Source: Clostridia bacterium
GTDB lineage: Bacteria; Bacillota; Clostridia; Christensenellales; UBA1242
DNA: 64,000 nucleotides
Assembly (NCBI GenBank): GCA_900767835.1
Contig: CAAGAO010000016.1
Coordinates: forward strand, 7,339-71,338
Reading direction: 5' to 3'
Shown: positions 39,920 through 48,409 of the stretch, in pieces
Position numbering within the stretch: the stretch's first letter is position 1
Layout of the letters: every line of letters begins with the position of its first letter
Translations under genes and position numbers: made by a program
Notes under the pieces: model-generated
Database searches by the model: none
Seen by the model: the letters and a program-made list of their open reading frames with translations, nothing else
Told to the model about the DNA's origin: nothing

Positions 39920-41869
39920 ATGAGCATTAAACTACTCAGCAAAAATGTGATAAATCAAATATCCGCTGGCGAAGTTGTAGAAAAACCTGCTTCTATAGTA
40001 AAAGAATTAGTAGAAAATAGTATTGATGCAGGAGCAACCAATATATCCATAGATATTATAAATGGCGGAATAGAGTATATTTGCGTTACAGATAATGGTT
40101 GTGGAATAAAAGCAAACGAAGTAAAACTAGCATTTACGCCACATGCAACAAGCAAATTACAAGAAATTGATGACTTAAATTCTCTAACAACAATGGGTTT
40201 TAGAGGTGAAGCACTAGCAACAATATCTGCCGTAAGCAAAGTTACAATGATAACCAAAACTAAAGAACAAGAAACTGGTGTCTGTGTAAAATTAGAAGGG
40301 GGAGAAATTACTCAAGAAAATGAAATTGCAACCGTAGTTGGTACTAAAATTGAAGTTTATAATGTATTTTATAACACACCTGCAAGACTCAAATTTTTGC
40401 GTAAACCTAAAACAGAAGAGAATGATATTACAAACTATATAGAAAAACTTATTCTCGCAAACGACAATATTTGTTTTAAATATACTGTAAACGGTAAACT
40501 TATTTATAATACATCATCTTGTAGTGTTATTGATAATATATACACAATATATGGTAAAGAACTAGCAGGTAATATGTTATCAGTTGACTTTGGAATTAAT
40601 GGTTATAAAGTTGGCGGTTACATATCAAAACCAGAATATAGCAAAATGAATCGCTCTTACCAAAGTTTATTCGTCAATGGAAGATTTTGTAATAATGCTT
40701 TAGTTAGTACTGCTGTAGGAAATGCTTATGAAAATTTTACTATGAAAGGTAAATTTCCTGCTTATGTGTTGTATTTAACTTTACCACAAAACGAAGTAGA
40801 TGTTAATGTTCACCCTAACAAACTTGAAGTGAAATTTTCTGATACACAAAAAATATTTAGAGTTTTCAATGATGCAGTATTTAAAGCATTGTCTGATTTT
40901 AATCATGTTAGAACTATCAATGATGTCGCTGATTATAAACAAAATATGACCCCAAATATTGACAATTCAAAATTAAATGTAATAAAAGGTGATGAGGGAG
41001 TAAGTTTTACACAAAACAATGATTTAGTAAATAAATTAGATGATTATTCTCGCTATATCCAATCAAATAAAAATAATAATTCGACTGGTTCTTTAGATTT
41101 TAGATTGACAAATAATATTTTGCCACAAATAGATATTAATGATGATTCAAACGATACCGAAAATACATCATCTGAAAACACAGAATTTCAATCAAATGGA
41201 AAAAATAATGATATAACTAAAATTAATCATATTTTTGACTCCAACTTTAATATTAAACAACCTCAAGTTCAAGAAGATTTTAAAAATATTTTAAAATTAG
41301 ATTATAAATTAATAGGTGTTGCTTTTGATACTTATTTAATTTTAGAATATAAAGATAATATGTACTTAATTGATCAACACGCTGCACACGAAAGACAAAA
41401 ATATGACGAAATTGTAAAACAGTTAAATGATAATACATTAAAAATTCAAGATTTAATCATGCCATATATTTTAAAAGTTAGCCAAAATGAAGCAACATTT
41501 TTAAATGATAATTTAACTTTACTTAATTCATTTGGCATTGATATATGTGAGTTTGGATATAATACATTTAAAATTACTAGTGTACCATTATTAATTGCAG
41601 ATATTAACCTAGAAACATTTTTCAATGAAGTTTTTGAAAATTTGAACTCATTTGCAAAAACCCCACAGGAAACTATCAAGACAAGATTTATGCAAATGGC
41701 TTGTAAATCGGCAATTAAGGGCGGAGATAGGTTGAGTAAAAATGAGATAGATGCCTTACTAAGTAAATTAGAAAATGACACTGAAGTTTTATTATGTCCA
41801 CACGGAAGACCAATTGTCGTAGAAATAACAAAAAAACAAATTGAGAAATGGTTTAAAAGGATTGTGTAA
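39920..41869 (+). CDS. mutL: DNA mismatch repair protein MutL
   Basis: NQISAGEVVEKPASIVKELVENSIDAG GHKL N-terminus. C-terminal DQHAAHER endonuclease motif. Confidence 0.96.
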   Translation: MSIKLLSKNVINQISAGEVVEKPASIVKELVENSIDAGATNISIDIINGGIEYICVTDNGCGIKANEVKLAFTPHATSKLQEIDDLNSLTTMGFRGEALATISAVSKVTMITKTKEQETGVCVKLEGGEITQENEIATVVGTKIEVYNVFYNTPARLKFLRKPKTEENDITNYIEKLILANDNICFKYTVNGKLIYNTSSCSVIDNIYTIYGKELAGNMLSVDFGINGYKVGGYISKPEYSKMNRSYQSLFVNGRFCNNALVSTAVGNAYENFTMKGKFPAYVLYLTLPQNEVDVNVHPNKLEVKFSDTQKIFRVFNDAVFKALSDFNHVRTINDVADYKQNMTPNIDNSKLNVIKGDEGVSFTQNNDLVNKLDDYSRYIQSNKNNNSTGSLDFRLTNNILPQIDINDDSNDTENTSSENTEFQSNGKNNDITKINHIFDSNFNIKQPQVQEDFKNILKLDYKLIGVAFDTYLILEYKDNMYLIDQHAAHERQKYDEIVKQLNDNTLKIQDLIMPYILKVSQNEATFLNDNLTLLNSFGIDICEFGYNTFKITSVPLLIADINLETFFNEVFENLNSFAKTPQETIKTRFMQMACKSAIKGGDRLSKNEIDALLSKLENDTEVLLCPHGRPIVVEITKKQIEKWFKRIV

Positions 41870-42757
41870 ATGAATGATGTTATTGTAATTTATGGACCTA
41901 CCGCAGTTGGGAAATCAGCTATTGCAATCAAACTTGCAAAACTAATTAATGGTGAAATTATATCCGCAGACTCAATGCAAATATATAAACATTTGAATAT
42001 TGGTTCTGCTAAAGTAACTACACAAGAAATGCAAGGGATAAAGCATTATCTAATTGACATTAAATATCCAAACGAAAACTATTCTGTTAGTGATTTTTGT
42101 ACAGATGCTACTAGATGTATAGAAGAAATTTTAGCAAAAGACAAAACTCCAATAATAGTTGGAGGAACTGGACTTTATATAAAAAGTTTAGTAAATGGGT
42201 ATGATTTTGCAAATGTAAAAAAACAAGATGATTTTAGAAATTCATTAGTAAATTTGTCTAATGAAGAAATATATAAAAACATATTATCGATAAACAATTC
42301 TATTCAAATTGACAAAAATAATAGACACAGATTAGTACGTGCTTTGGAAAAGTTAAAATATGGTAATGATATAGCAAAAACCAACACCCCCAAATATAAT
42401 TTTAAACTTTTTGCTATTGTTGATGATAGACAAAAAATTTATGATAGAATAAATAATAGAGTTGACAAAATGGTTAATGAAGGGTTGTTAGAAGAAGCGA
42501 AATATTTGTTTTCATTAAACCTCCCGCAAGATAATTTAGCAATTAAAGCCATAGGTTATAAAGAACTTTTTCCTTATTTAAGGGGAGAGTGTAGTCTTGA
42601 AGAATGCTTAATTACATTAAAGCAAAAATCTCGAAACTATGCCAAAAGACAATTTACATTTTTAAACCAATTTGATAATATATGTATAATAACCTTTCAA
42701 GGTATTAATGAAACAGCAAAAATAATATATAAAATAATAGAGGATAAAAATGAATAA
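41870..42757 (+). CDS. miaA: tRNA dimethylallyltransferase
   Basis: IYGPTAVGKS P-loop, ISADSMQIYK, GGTGLY. Confidence 0.93.
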   Translation: MNDVIVIYGPTAVGKSAIAIKLAKLINGEIISADSMQIYKHLNIGSAKVTTQEMQGIKHYLIDIKYPNENYSVSDFCTDATRCIEEILAKDKTPIIVGGTGLYIKSLVNGYDFANVKKQDDFRNSLVNLSNEEIYKNILSINNSIQIDKNNRHRLVRALEKLKYGNDIAKTNTPKYNFKLFAIVDDRQKIYDRINNRVDKMVNEGLLEEAKYLFSLNLPQDNLAIKAIGYKELFPYLRGECSLEECLITLKQKSRNYAKRQFTFLNQFDNICIITFQGINETAKIIYKIIEDKNE

Positions 42758-43979
42758 TATAGATTTTTTAAAAGAATGTGAAAAAGACTTACTTGATAGA
42801 TTTGAAGAATTAGACGACATTGCTTATTTTAATCAAAAAAAAGTATTAAAGGCATTTCAAAACAATAAGGTTGCTTTACGCAATTTTTATGGTTCAACTG
42901 GATATGGCTATGATGATGCTGGAAAAGAAGTATTAAACAAAATTTACGCACAGGTTTTTGATGCTGAATCTGCAGTTGTATCACCACTAATAACATGTGG
43001 TACTCACGCACTAAATTTGGCACTTTGTGCAATTTTGCGTCCAAATGATGTATTATTATCAATTACTGGTGACCCATATGATACCGTTGTAGATTGCATT
43101 AAGGGAGAAGTAGGAAAAGATATTGGTAGTTTAAAAGATTTTGGTGTTAAGTACGAGCAAATTGAGCTTAAAAATAACACAATTGATGAAGAATTAGCCA
43201 TTTCAAAAATTATTGAATTGAAACCAAAAATGGTATATATGCAACGTTCTCGTGGATATGGTTGGCGTAAACCAATATCAATCGACGATTTTGAAACTAT
43301 CATAAATAAAATTAGAGCAGTTGACAAAAATTGCTACATTTTCGTAGATAATTGCTATGGCGAGTTTGTAGAAGAAAGAGAACCTAGCAGTGTTGGAGCA
43401 GATTTGGTAGTTGGTTCTTTATGTAAAAACCCAGGTGGAGGTATTGTCCCAACTGGTGCTTATGTTGTTGGTACAAAAAGAGCAATAGATTTAGTTGAGA
43501 AAAGACTTACTGCACCTTCAATAGGTATTGAAGTTGGTAGTTATGAAATGGGGTATAGATTATTCTTCCAAGGATTATTTATGGCTCCAAACCTTGTTAA
43601 AAATGCGCTTAAGGGTGCCTATTTAATTGGTAGAGTAATGGAAAAACTTGGTTATGAAGTTTTACCTTCGTCTGCAGAAAAAAGTTATGATATAATTAAA
43701 TCAATTAAACTAAATAATGAAAAAGAATTGATAAAATTTGTACAATTAATACAAAGTGCAAGCCCTGTAGATTGTGATGCAGTACCTATGCCATGGGATA
43801 TGCCAGGATATACTGATAAAGTAATTATGGCTGCAGGTACTTTTGTCCAAGGTGCATCAATTGAACTTTCATGTGATAGTCCAATAAGAGCCCCTTATGT
43901 TGCATACTTCCAAGGAGGTTTAACATACGAACATATAAAAATAGTAGCAGAAAAATTATACGAAGAATATAAAAAGTAA
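42750..43979 (+). CDS. ynbB: YnbB / aluminium-resistance-family PLP enzyme (methionine gamma-lyase-like)
   Basis: GSTGYGYDDAGKEVLNKIYAQVF...TCGTHAL pattern typical of the family. Usual position between miaA(-hfq) and lexA. Confidence 0.8.
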   Translation: MNNIDFLKECEKDLLDRFEELDDIAYFNQKKVLKAFQNNKVALRNFYGSTGYGYDDAGKEVLNKIYAQVFDAESAVVSPLITCGTHALNLALCAILRPNDVLLSITGDPYDTVVDCIKGEVGKDIGSLKDFGVKYEQIELKNNTIDEELAISKIIELKPKMVYMQRSRGYGWRKPISIDDFETIINKIRAVDKNCYIFVDNCYGEFVEEREPSSVGADLVVGSLCKNPGGGIVPTGAYVVGTKRAIDLVEKRLTAPSIGIEVGSYEMGYRLFFQGLFMAPNLVKNALKGAYLIGRVMEKLGYEVLPSSAEKSYDIIKSIKLNNEKELIKFVQLIQSASPVDCDAVPMPWDMPGYTDKVIMAAGTFVQGASIELSCDSPIRAPYVAYFQGGLTYEHIKIVAEKLYEEYKK

Positions 43980-44054
43980 TATCAAAAAAATGCAAAGATG
44001 TAGAAGAATACTGAATTTCTCATTATTTAAAGTTTTTTTACAAAATATGGTTCC

Positions 44055-44138
44055 AAAAAAAGACTATTAAAGTTGTGAAGCAAAACCCAAAATTTGGACA
44101 ACTATAGGAGGTTCACTTCAAAAATATAGTCTTTTTTT
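44055..44138. terminator. Long symmetric hairpin, likely bidirectional terminator between ynbB and lexA
   Basis: aaaaaaagactat (44055-44067) pairs with atagtcttttttt (44126-44138). 58-nt interior with competing inner stems. Confidence 0.4.
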
Positions 44139-44179
44139 GAATAATATGATAAAAATAAATTTTATTTATATGTAGAGGA

Positions 44180-44788
44180 TTAAAACCTTTTAATACAACC
44201 AACAACTTTACCTAGTATAACACAATTATTAGTAATTATAGGTTTATATAATTCATTTTGTGGTTGAAGTCTAATAATTTGACCTTCTTTATAGAAATTT
44301 TTAACTGTGGCATAACCATCAATATAGGCGACAACAATATCGCCATTTTCTGCATCTTCTTGTTTTTTTACGACAACATAATCACCATCATCTATACCAA
44401 TGTTAATCATACTATCACCAGCAATTTTAAGCATAAACAATTCTTGATTTGTTCCAAAAATTGATTTACTCATAACAAACTCATCTTCAACATTTTCTAC
44501 TGCTAAAATTGGTACACCTGCCGCCACACGCCCAATTAATGGTATAGTGGTTAGTTCTTGCTTTTGTTCGTTTTCAATTTGTTTGAAATTTATGCTTCTT
44601 GATTTATTATCGTGTTTTACTATTAAATTTTTTTCCACTAATCTGTCAACATATTTTTTTACTGAATTTGTTGATTTTATATTAACACCTGCTGAAATTT
44701 CCCTATAGGAAGGTGGGAAGCCATTTTCTTCCGTATAATTTTTAATATATTCAAATATTTGAGCTTCTTTTATTTCTCCTTTTTTCAT
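44180..44788 (-). CDS. lexA: SOS repressor LexA
   Basis: wHTH N-terminus (GFPPSYREI), cleavage site VAAGVP, GDSM Ser and VVKK Lys. SD gaggtg upstream of ATG 44788. The track start at 44872 is upstream of the operator. Confidence 0.93.
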   Translation of the reverse strand: MKKGEIKEAQIFEYIKNYTEENGFPPSYREISAGVNIKSTNSVKKYVDRLVEKNLIVKHDNKSRSINFKQIENEQKQELTTIPLIGRVAAGVPILAVENVEDEFVMSKSIFGTNQELFMLKIAGDSMINIGIDDGDYVVVKKQEDAENGDIVVAYIDGYATVKNFYKEGQIIRLQPQNELYKPIITNNCVILGKVVGCIKRF

Positions 44789-44823
44789 AACCATCACCTC
44801 TAATTTTATGTATATAGTATCAT

Positions 44824-44862
44824 AAAAAAAGATAAAAGTCAAACATATGTTTACTTTTATCT
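44824..44862 (-). terminator. Terminator of the PadR-like gene; its hairpin contains the LexA box
   Basis: Minus strand: agataaaagt...acttttatct arms around the box, followed by TTTTTTT (plus-strand A run 44824-44830). Confidence 0.5.
44841..44852. promoter_or_regulatory. LexA operator (Cheo-type box) upstream of lexA
   Basis: Perfect palindrome AAACATATGTTT, matching the clostridial GAAC-N4-GTTT type. Confidence 0.55.
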
Positions 44863-44877
44863 TGAAAATCACATCGA

Positions 44878-46761
44878 TTAATATAGATTTTTAGATTTTA
44901 ATATTAGTTTTCTAGCAAAATAATATACAAAATATGTAAATACAAAGCAAAGAGGGTAGAAGATTGATATTTGATATAATGAGATATTTTTAAATGTGAA
45001 ACCTGCTATCAAATTACCTGATAAAATTAACGGAATCAATAATATTGACACTAATATGTACTTTGATTTGAGTTTATATTTTGATATGTCTAAAGCAATT
45101 CTTTTTTGAGGTGTTTTTAAATAACATACAAGATAGTAACAAAAATAAATTCCCACAATAATTGGCATTATTATAAATGATATAGGTTTGTTAAATCTAA
45201 CACCAGGAATAAAACTATATACAATACCAAATATCAAAGAAACAAGTACAGCATAGGCAAAAACAGAAAGCGACGTTAACATATTTAATTTATTAATTTT
45301 TACCATATTGTAATCTTTATTTGTCTTTTTTAAAGATTTTTCAAAAGGTTTAAACTTAATATTTTGCTCTTTATAAAACTCTTGCAGGTCTTTATAAGTG
45401 CTGAATTTAACTTTATTGTCAATTAATTCCAATTCTTGATTTTCTGCATTCATTTTGCTTTGTTCGTATAAATCTTTAACCCTATCTTCGTAATTTGAAT
45501 TATTATTTTTCTTTTTTAAGTCAGGAGTTACGTTGTTTGCTGATATATAATATTCAAACCTTCTTGTATCCCATTTGGTAGGTTTTGGCATATCCTCAGG
45601 ATTTAATCTTTCTGTAATGAAAACTCCATCATCAGTTTTTTCAAGAATTTTATTATTTTCTTTTGGAATTTCTTGATTCATATCGTTTAAATTGTTTGAA
45701 GTATTAACCAATTTATCGTTGTTATTGTTTGGCATATAGTTTTTTAGTTCTTTAATGTCAATTTTATTTACAATAATATTGCAATCTTCAATATCTTTTC
45801 CACTTGTTAAGTTACTTTCATTATTATTTTCAGAAGCTATGTATGTATCATTAATTTGCATAGTTTGTTTAGTTACTTTATCTTTTTGAGCATTTATATA
45901 ATCTTTATTAGCAATTGTATCTAATGGCTCTACATTAACAGATGAAAGGGTAGTAGAATTGTTAGTATAATCAGGTGATGGATATTCATTTTCATCTTTA
46001 GTTGTACTAACTTCTGGTTCCATTTTATGTTCAATATACTTCTTTTCATATTTTGTACTATTTAATGATTCACTAAAACTTTTATTTGTCTTTTTGACAT
46101 ACTCAAAATTATAAGACTTTTCCTCTATAGGTTTCTCATAACTTGTCAATATTGGATTTTGATTTATTACTATCGACTGAGTATTGAATTTATCTTCTTT
46201 TAAAATATCATTATTGTTAATTAAGTTATTTTTATTATCTCTAATTTCTAAATCGTTGTTATTTTGATTATCGTTGCTTGGAGGTGTTAAAATAACTGAA
46301 TTTGAGAATAGGTCAAATTGAACAAAAGCATTATCTTGTTTTGAGTCATTTAAAACTTCTTCTTGTTTGTTGTTTTGTTTCTCTAAATTAAATAAATTTT
46401 CTTGTTGTAATACTTTTGTTGCTTCAGTTGAATGGTTTTGATTGGAAACATCGTTTTGAGTATTATAATATTGAGTAGGAATGTCATTTTTCCATTTTTC
46501 TAAATGTTTTTTACCTAAATCTGTTAAATGATAGTAGTGTCTTTTGCCACCAATCTCACTATCTCTCCAATAAGAAGAAATTAAAGATTGTTCCTCCATA
46601 CGCTTTAAAGAAGAGTAAAGACTAGGTTGTTTTATTGACACCTTACCTGAAGTATTTTGCAAAACTTCATCAATAATCTCATAACCATATTTGTCTCTTT
46701 CTAGAAGAGTCATTAAAATAATAGTAGAGAGTTGCCCTCTTGGAATTTCATCTTTTATCAT
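44878..46761 (-). CDS. PadR-family wHTH regulator fused to a long Asn-rich linker and a C-terminal 4-TM domain
   Basis: LSTIILMTLLERDKYGYEI...SLYSSLKRMEEQSLISSYW..GGKRHYYHLTDLG PadR signature. Hydrophobic helices in the last ~150 aa. Confidence 0.8.
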   Translation of the reverse strand: MIKDEIPRGQLSTIILMTLLERDKYGYEIIDEVLQNTSGKVSIKQPSLYSSLKRMEEQSLISSYWRDSEIGGKRHYYHLTDLGKKHLEKWKNDIPTQYYNTQNDVSNQNHSTEATKVLQQENLFNLEKQNNKQEEVLNDSKQDNAFVQFDLFSNSVILTPPSNDNQNNNDLEIRDNKNNLINNNDILKEDKFNTQSIVINQNPILTSYEKPIEEKSYNFEYVKKTNKSFSESLNSTKYEKKYIEHKMEPEVSTTKDENEYPSPDYTNNSTTLSSVNVEPLDTIANKDYINAQKDKVTKQTMQINDTYIASENNNESNLTSGKDIEDCNIIVNKIDIKELKNYMPNNNNDKLVNTSNNLNDMNQEIPKENNKILEKTDDGVFITERLNPEDMPKPTKWDTRRFEYYISANNVTPDLKKKNNNSNYEDRVKDLYEQSKMNAENQELELIDNKVKFSTYKDLQEFYKEQNIKFKPFEKSLKKTNKDYNMVKINKLNMLTSLSVFAYAVLVSLIFGIVYSFIPGVRFNKPISFIIMPIIVGIYFCYYLVCYLKTPQKRIALDISKYKLKSKYILVSILLIPLILSGNLIAGFTFKNISLYQISIFYPLCFVFTYFVYYFARKLILKSKNLY

Positions 46762-46874
46762 TTGTTTATATCCTTTATAAGCATTTTAATACATATTATT
46801 TAAAATGTCAAACTAGTATTATGCAAATTTGTGAATTACTTGATATACACAATATTTTGTGGTACTATTAACAT

Positions 46875-47522
46875 ATGGAATACAAACTGATACGTTCTAA
46901 AAGAAAAACTCTTGTTATAAAAATAACTCCAACTTGTGAAGTTCTTATACTTGCTCCTAAAAAATGTAGTTTAGATTATATCAATAATTTTATTATAGAT
47001 AAACAAAAATGGATAATAGAAAAATTAAAACAACAACAAATAAACAAATGTGCATACGATAAATACATAAGTTTGCAAGATGTTCTTATTTTTGGACAAA
47101 GTTATGTCATTGAAGATTACAATAATCATTATCAGATAGGAGAATATTATGTAAAACACACAAATGCTAGTAACAAGAAAAAGGTTATTAAAGACTTTTT
47201 AATAAAAATAGCAAACGCATATATTCCAAAAAGAGTTGAGCAAATTGCAGGTAAGCTAAGTTTGAATTATAATAGTGTAAAAATTATCTCGGCAAGAAAA
47301 AGTTGGGGAAGTTGTAACAACATAAAACAATTAAAGTTCAATTTTAGGCTAACTATGATACCAAAAGAACTTATAGATTATGTTATATGCCACGAATTGT
47401 GCCATATAAAAGAATTAAACCATAGCAAAAGATTTTGGGAATTACTTGCAAATTTAGGATACAAAAAAACAGCAGTTAAACAAGCATTTAAAGACTATAG
47501 TTATGTTTTACAACTGTTTTAA
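46875..47522 (+). CDS. YgjP-like (DUF45/M48-type) metal-dependent hydrolase
   Basis: CHELCHIKELNHSKRFWELL HExxH motif with the downstream H/F pattern typical of the family. Confidence 0.8.
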   Translation: MEYKLIRSKRKTLVIKITPTCEVLILAPKKCSLDYINNFIIDKQKWIIEKLKQQQINKCAYDKYISLQDVLIFGQSYVIEDYNNHYQIGEYYVKHTNASNKKKVIKDFLIKIANAYIPKRVEQIAGKLSLNYNSVKIISARKSWGSCNNIKQLKFNFRLTMIPKELIDYVICHELCHIKELNHSKRFWELLANLGYKKTAVKQAFKDYSYVLQLF

Positions 47523-47531
47523 TTTAAAAAA

Positions 47532-48406
47532 TTAAATAATCATAATGCCTTTAAAATCATCAGGAAAGTCTATTTTAAGATTAATAGTCTTTTTGCTAAT
47601 GGGATTAAATATCTCCATTTTTGCACAGACTAGTGCAGTGTGATTAATATGAAAGCAGGAATTTCCATATAAGGCATCACCAACTAGCGGGTGGTTAATA
47701 CTTGCCATATGAACTCTAATTTGATGAGTACGACCATATCTATAATTATTTCACATAATGTATTTTTACCATCAAAAACAAGGGGAGTAACATAAGTAAT
47801 TGCATCTTTCCCATTTTCGCTGATTTCTCGTTTTTGATTATTATAGCCGTCACTATTTAAAGTTGTGGCTATTTTTTTATTTATAACAACACTATCAACT
47901 TTACCTTCGCAAATAGCATAATATGTTTTCTTAATGTAATTATTAGAGTTGAGTAAATTACTAATTAAACTATGCTTGGCAATGCAAACTAAACCTGCTG
48001 TATCTTTATCTAAACGATTAACAATTCTTACAATAAAAGAGGGGTCTTTATCTTTCATATAGTTAGTAACAGCGCCTGCCAAATTATAGTTTAAGTGTCT
48101 TCTTGATGGAATAGTTGGCATACCGCTCGGTTTATTTACTACTAAAATATCGTCATCTTCATATACAATATTTAGCGGTACTATGTTTTGCATAATACTA
48201 TTGCTAGTATTTGGGTTTTTATATAGTTCTATTTCATCACCATTTTTAATAGGAGCATTGGTAAATGCAATGCTCCCATTAAGTTTTATATATCCTTCTT
48301 TTTTCCTAAGATTTCTCACATAATTTTCGCTTATGCCTTGTCGTTTAATATAAGTATAAATTGTATCATTATTTAAACAATCTTTTACAATTATTTTATT
48401 AAACAT
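47532..48406 (-). pseudogene. RluA-family (RluC/D-like) pseudouridine synthase interrupted by a frameshift
   Basis: The N-terminal ORF has an S4 domain and catalytic NRLDKDTAG. The [24 protein letters not shown] motif continues in another frame from about 47736 to the stop at 47532-47534. Confidence 0.85.
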
Positions 48407-48409
48407 AAA

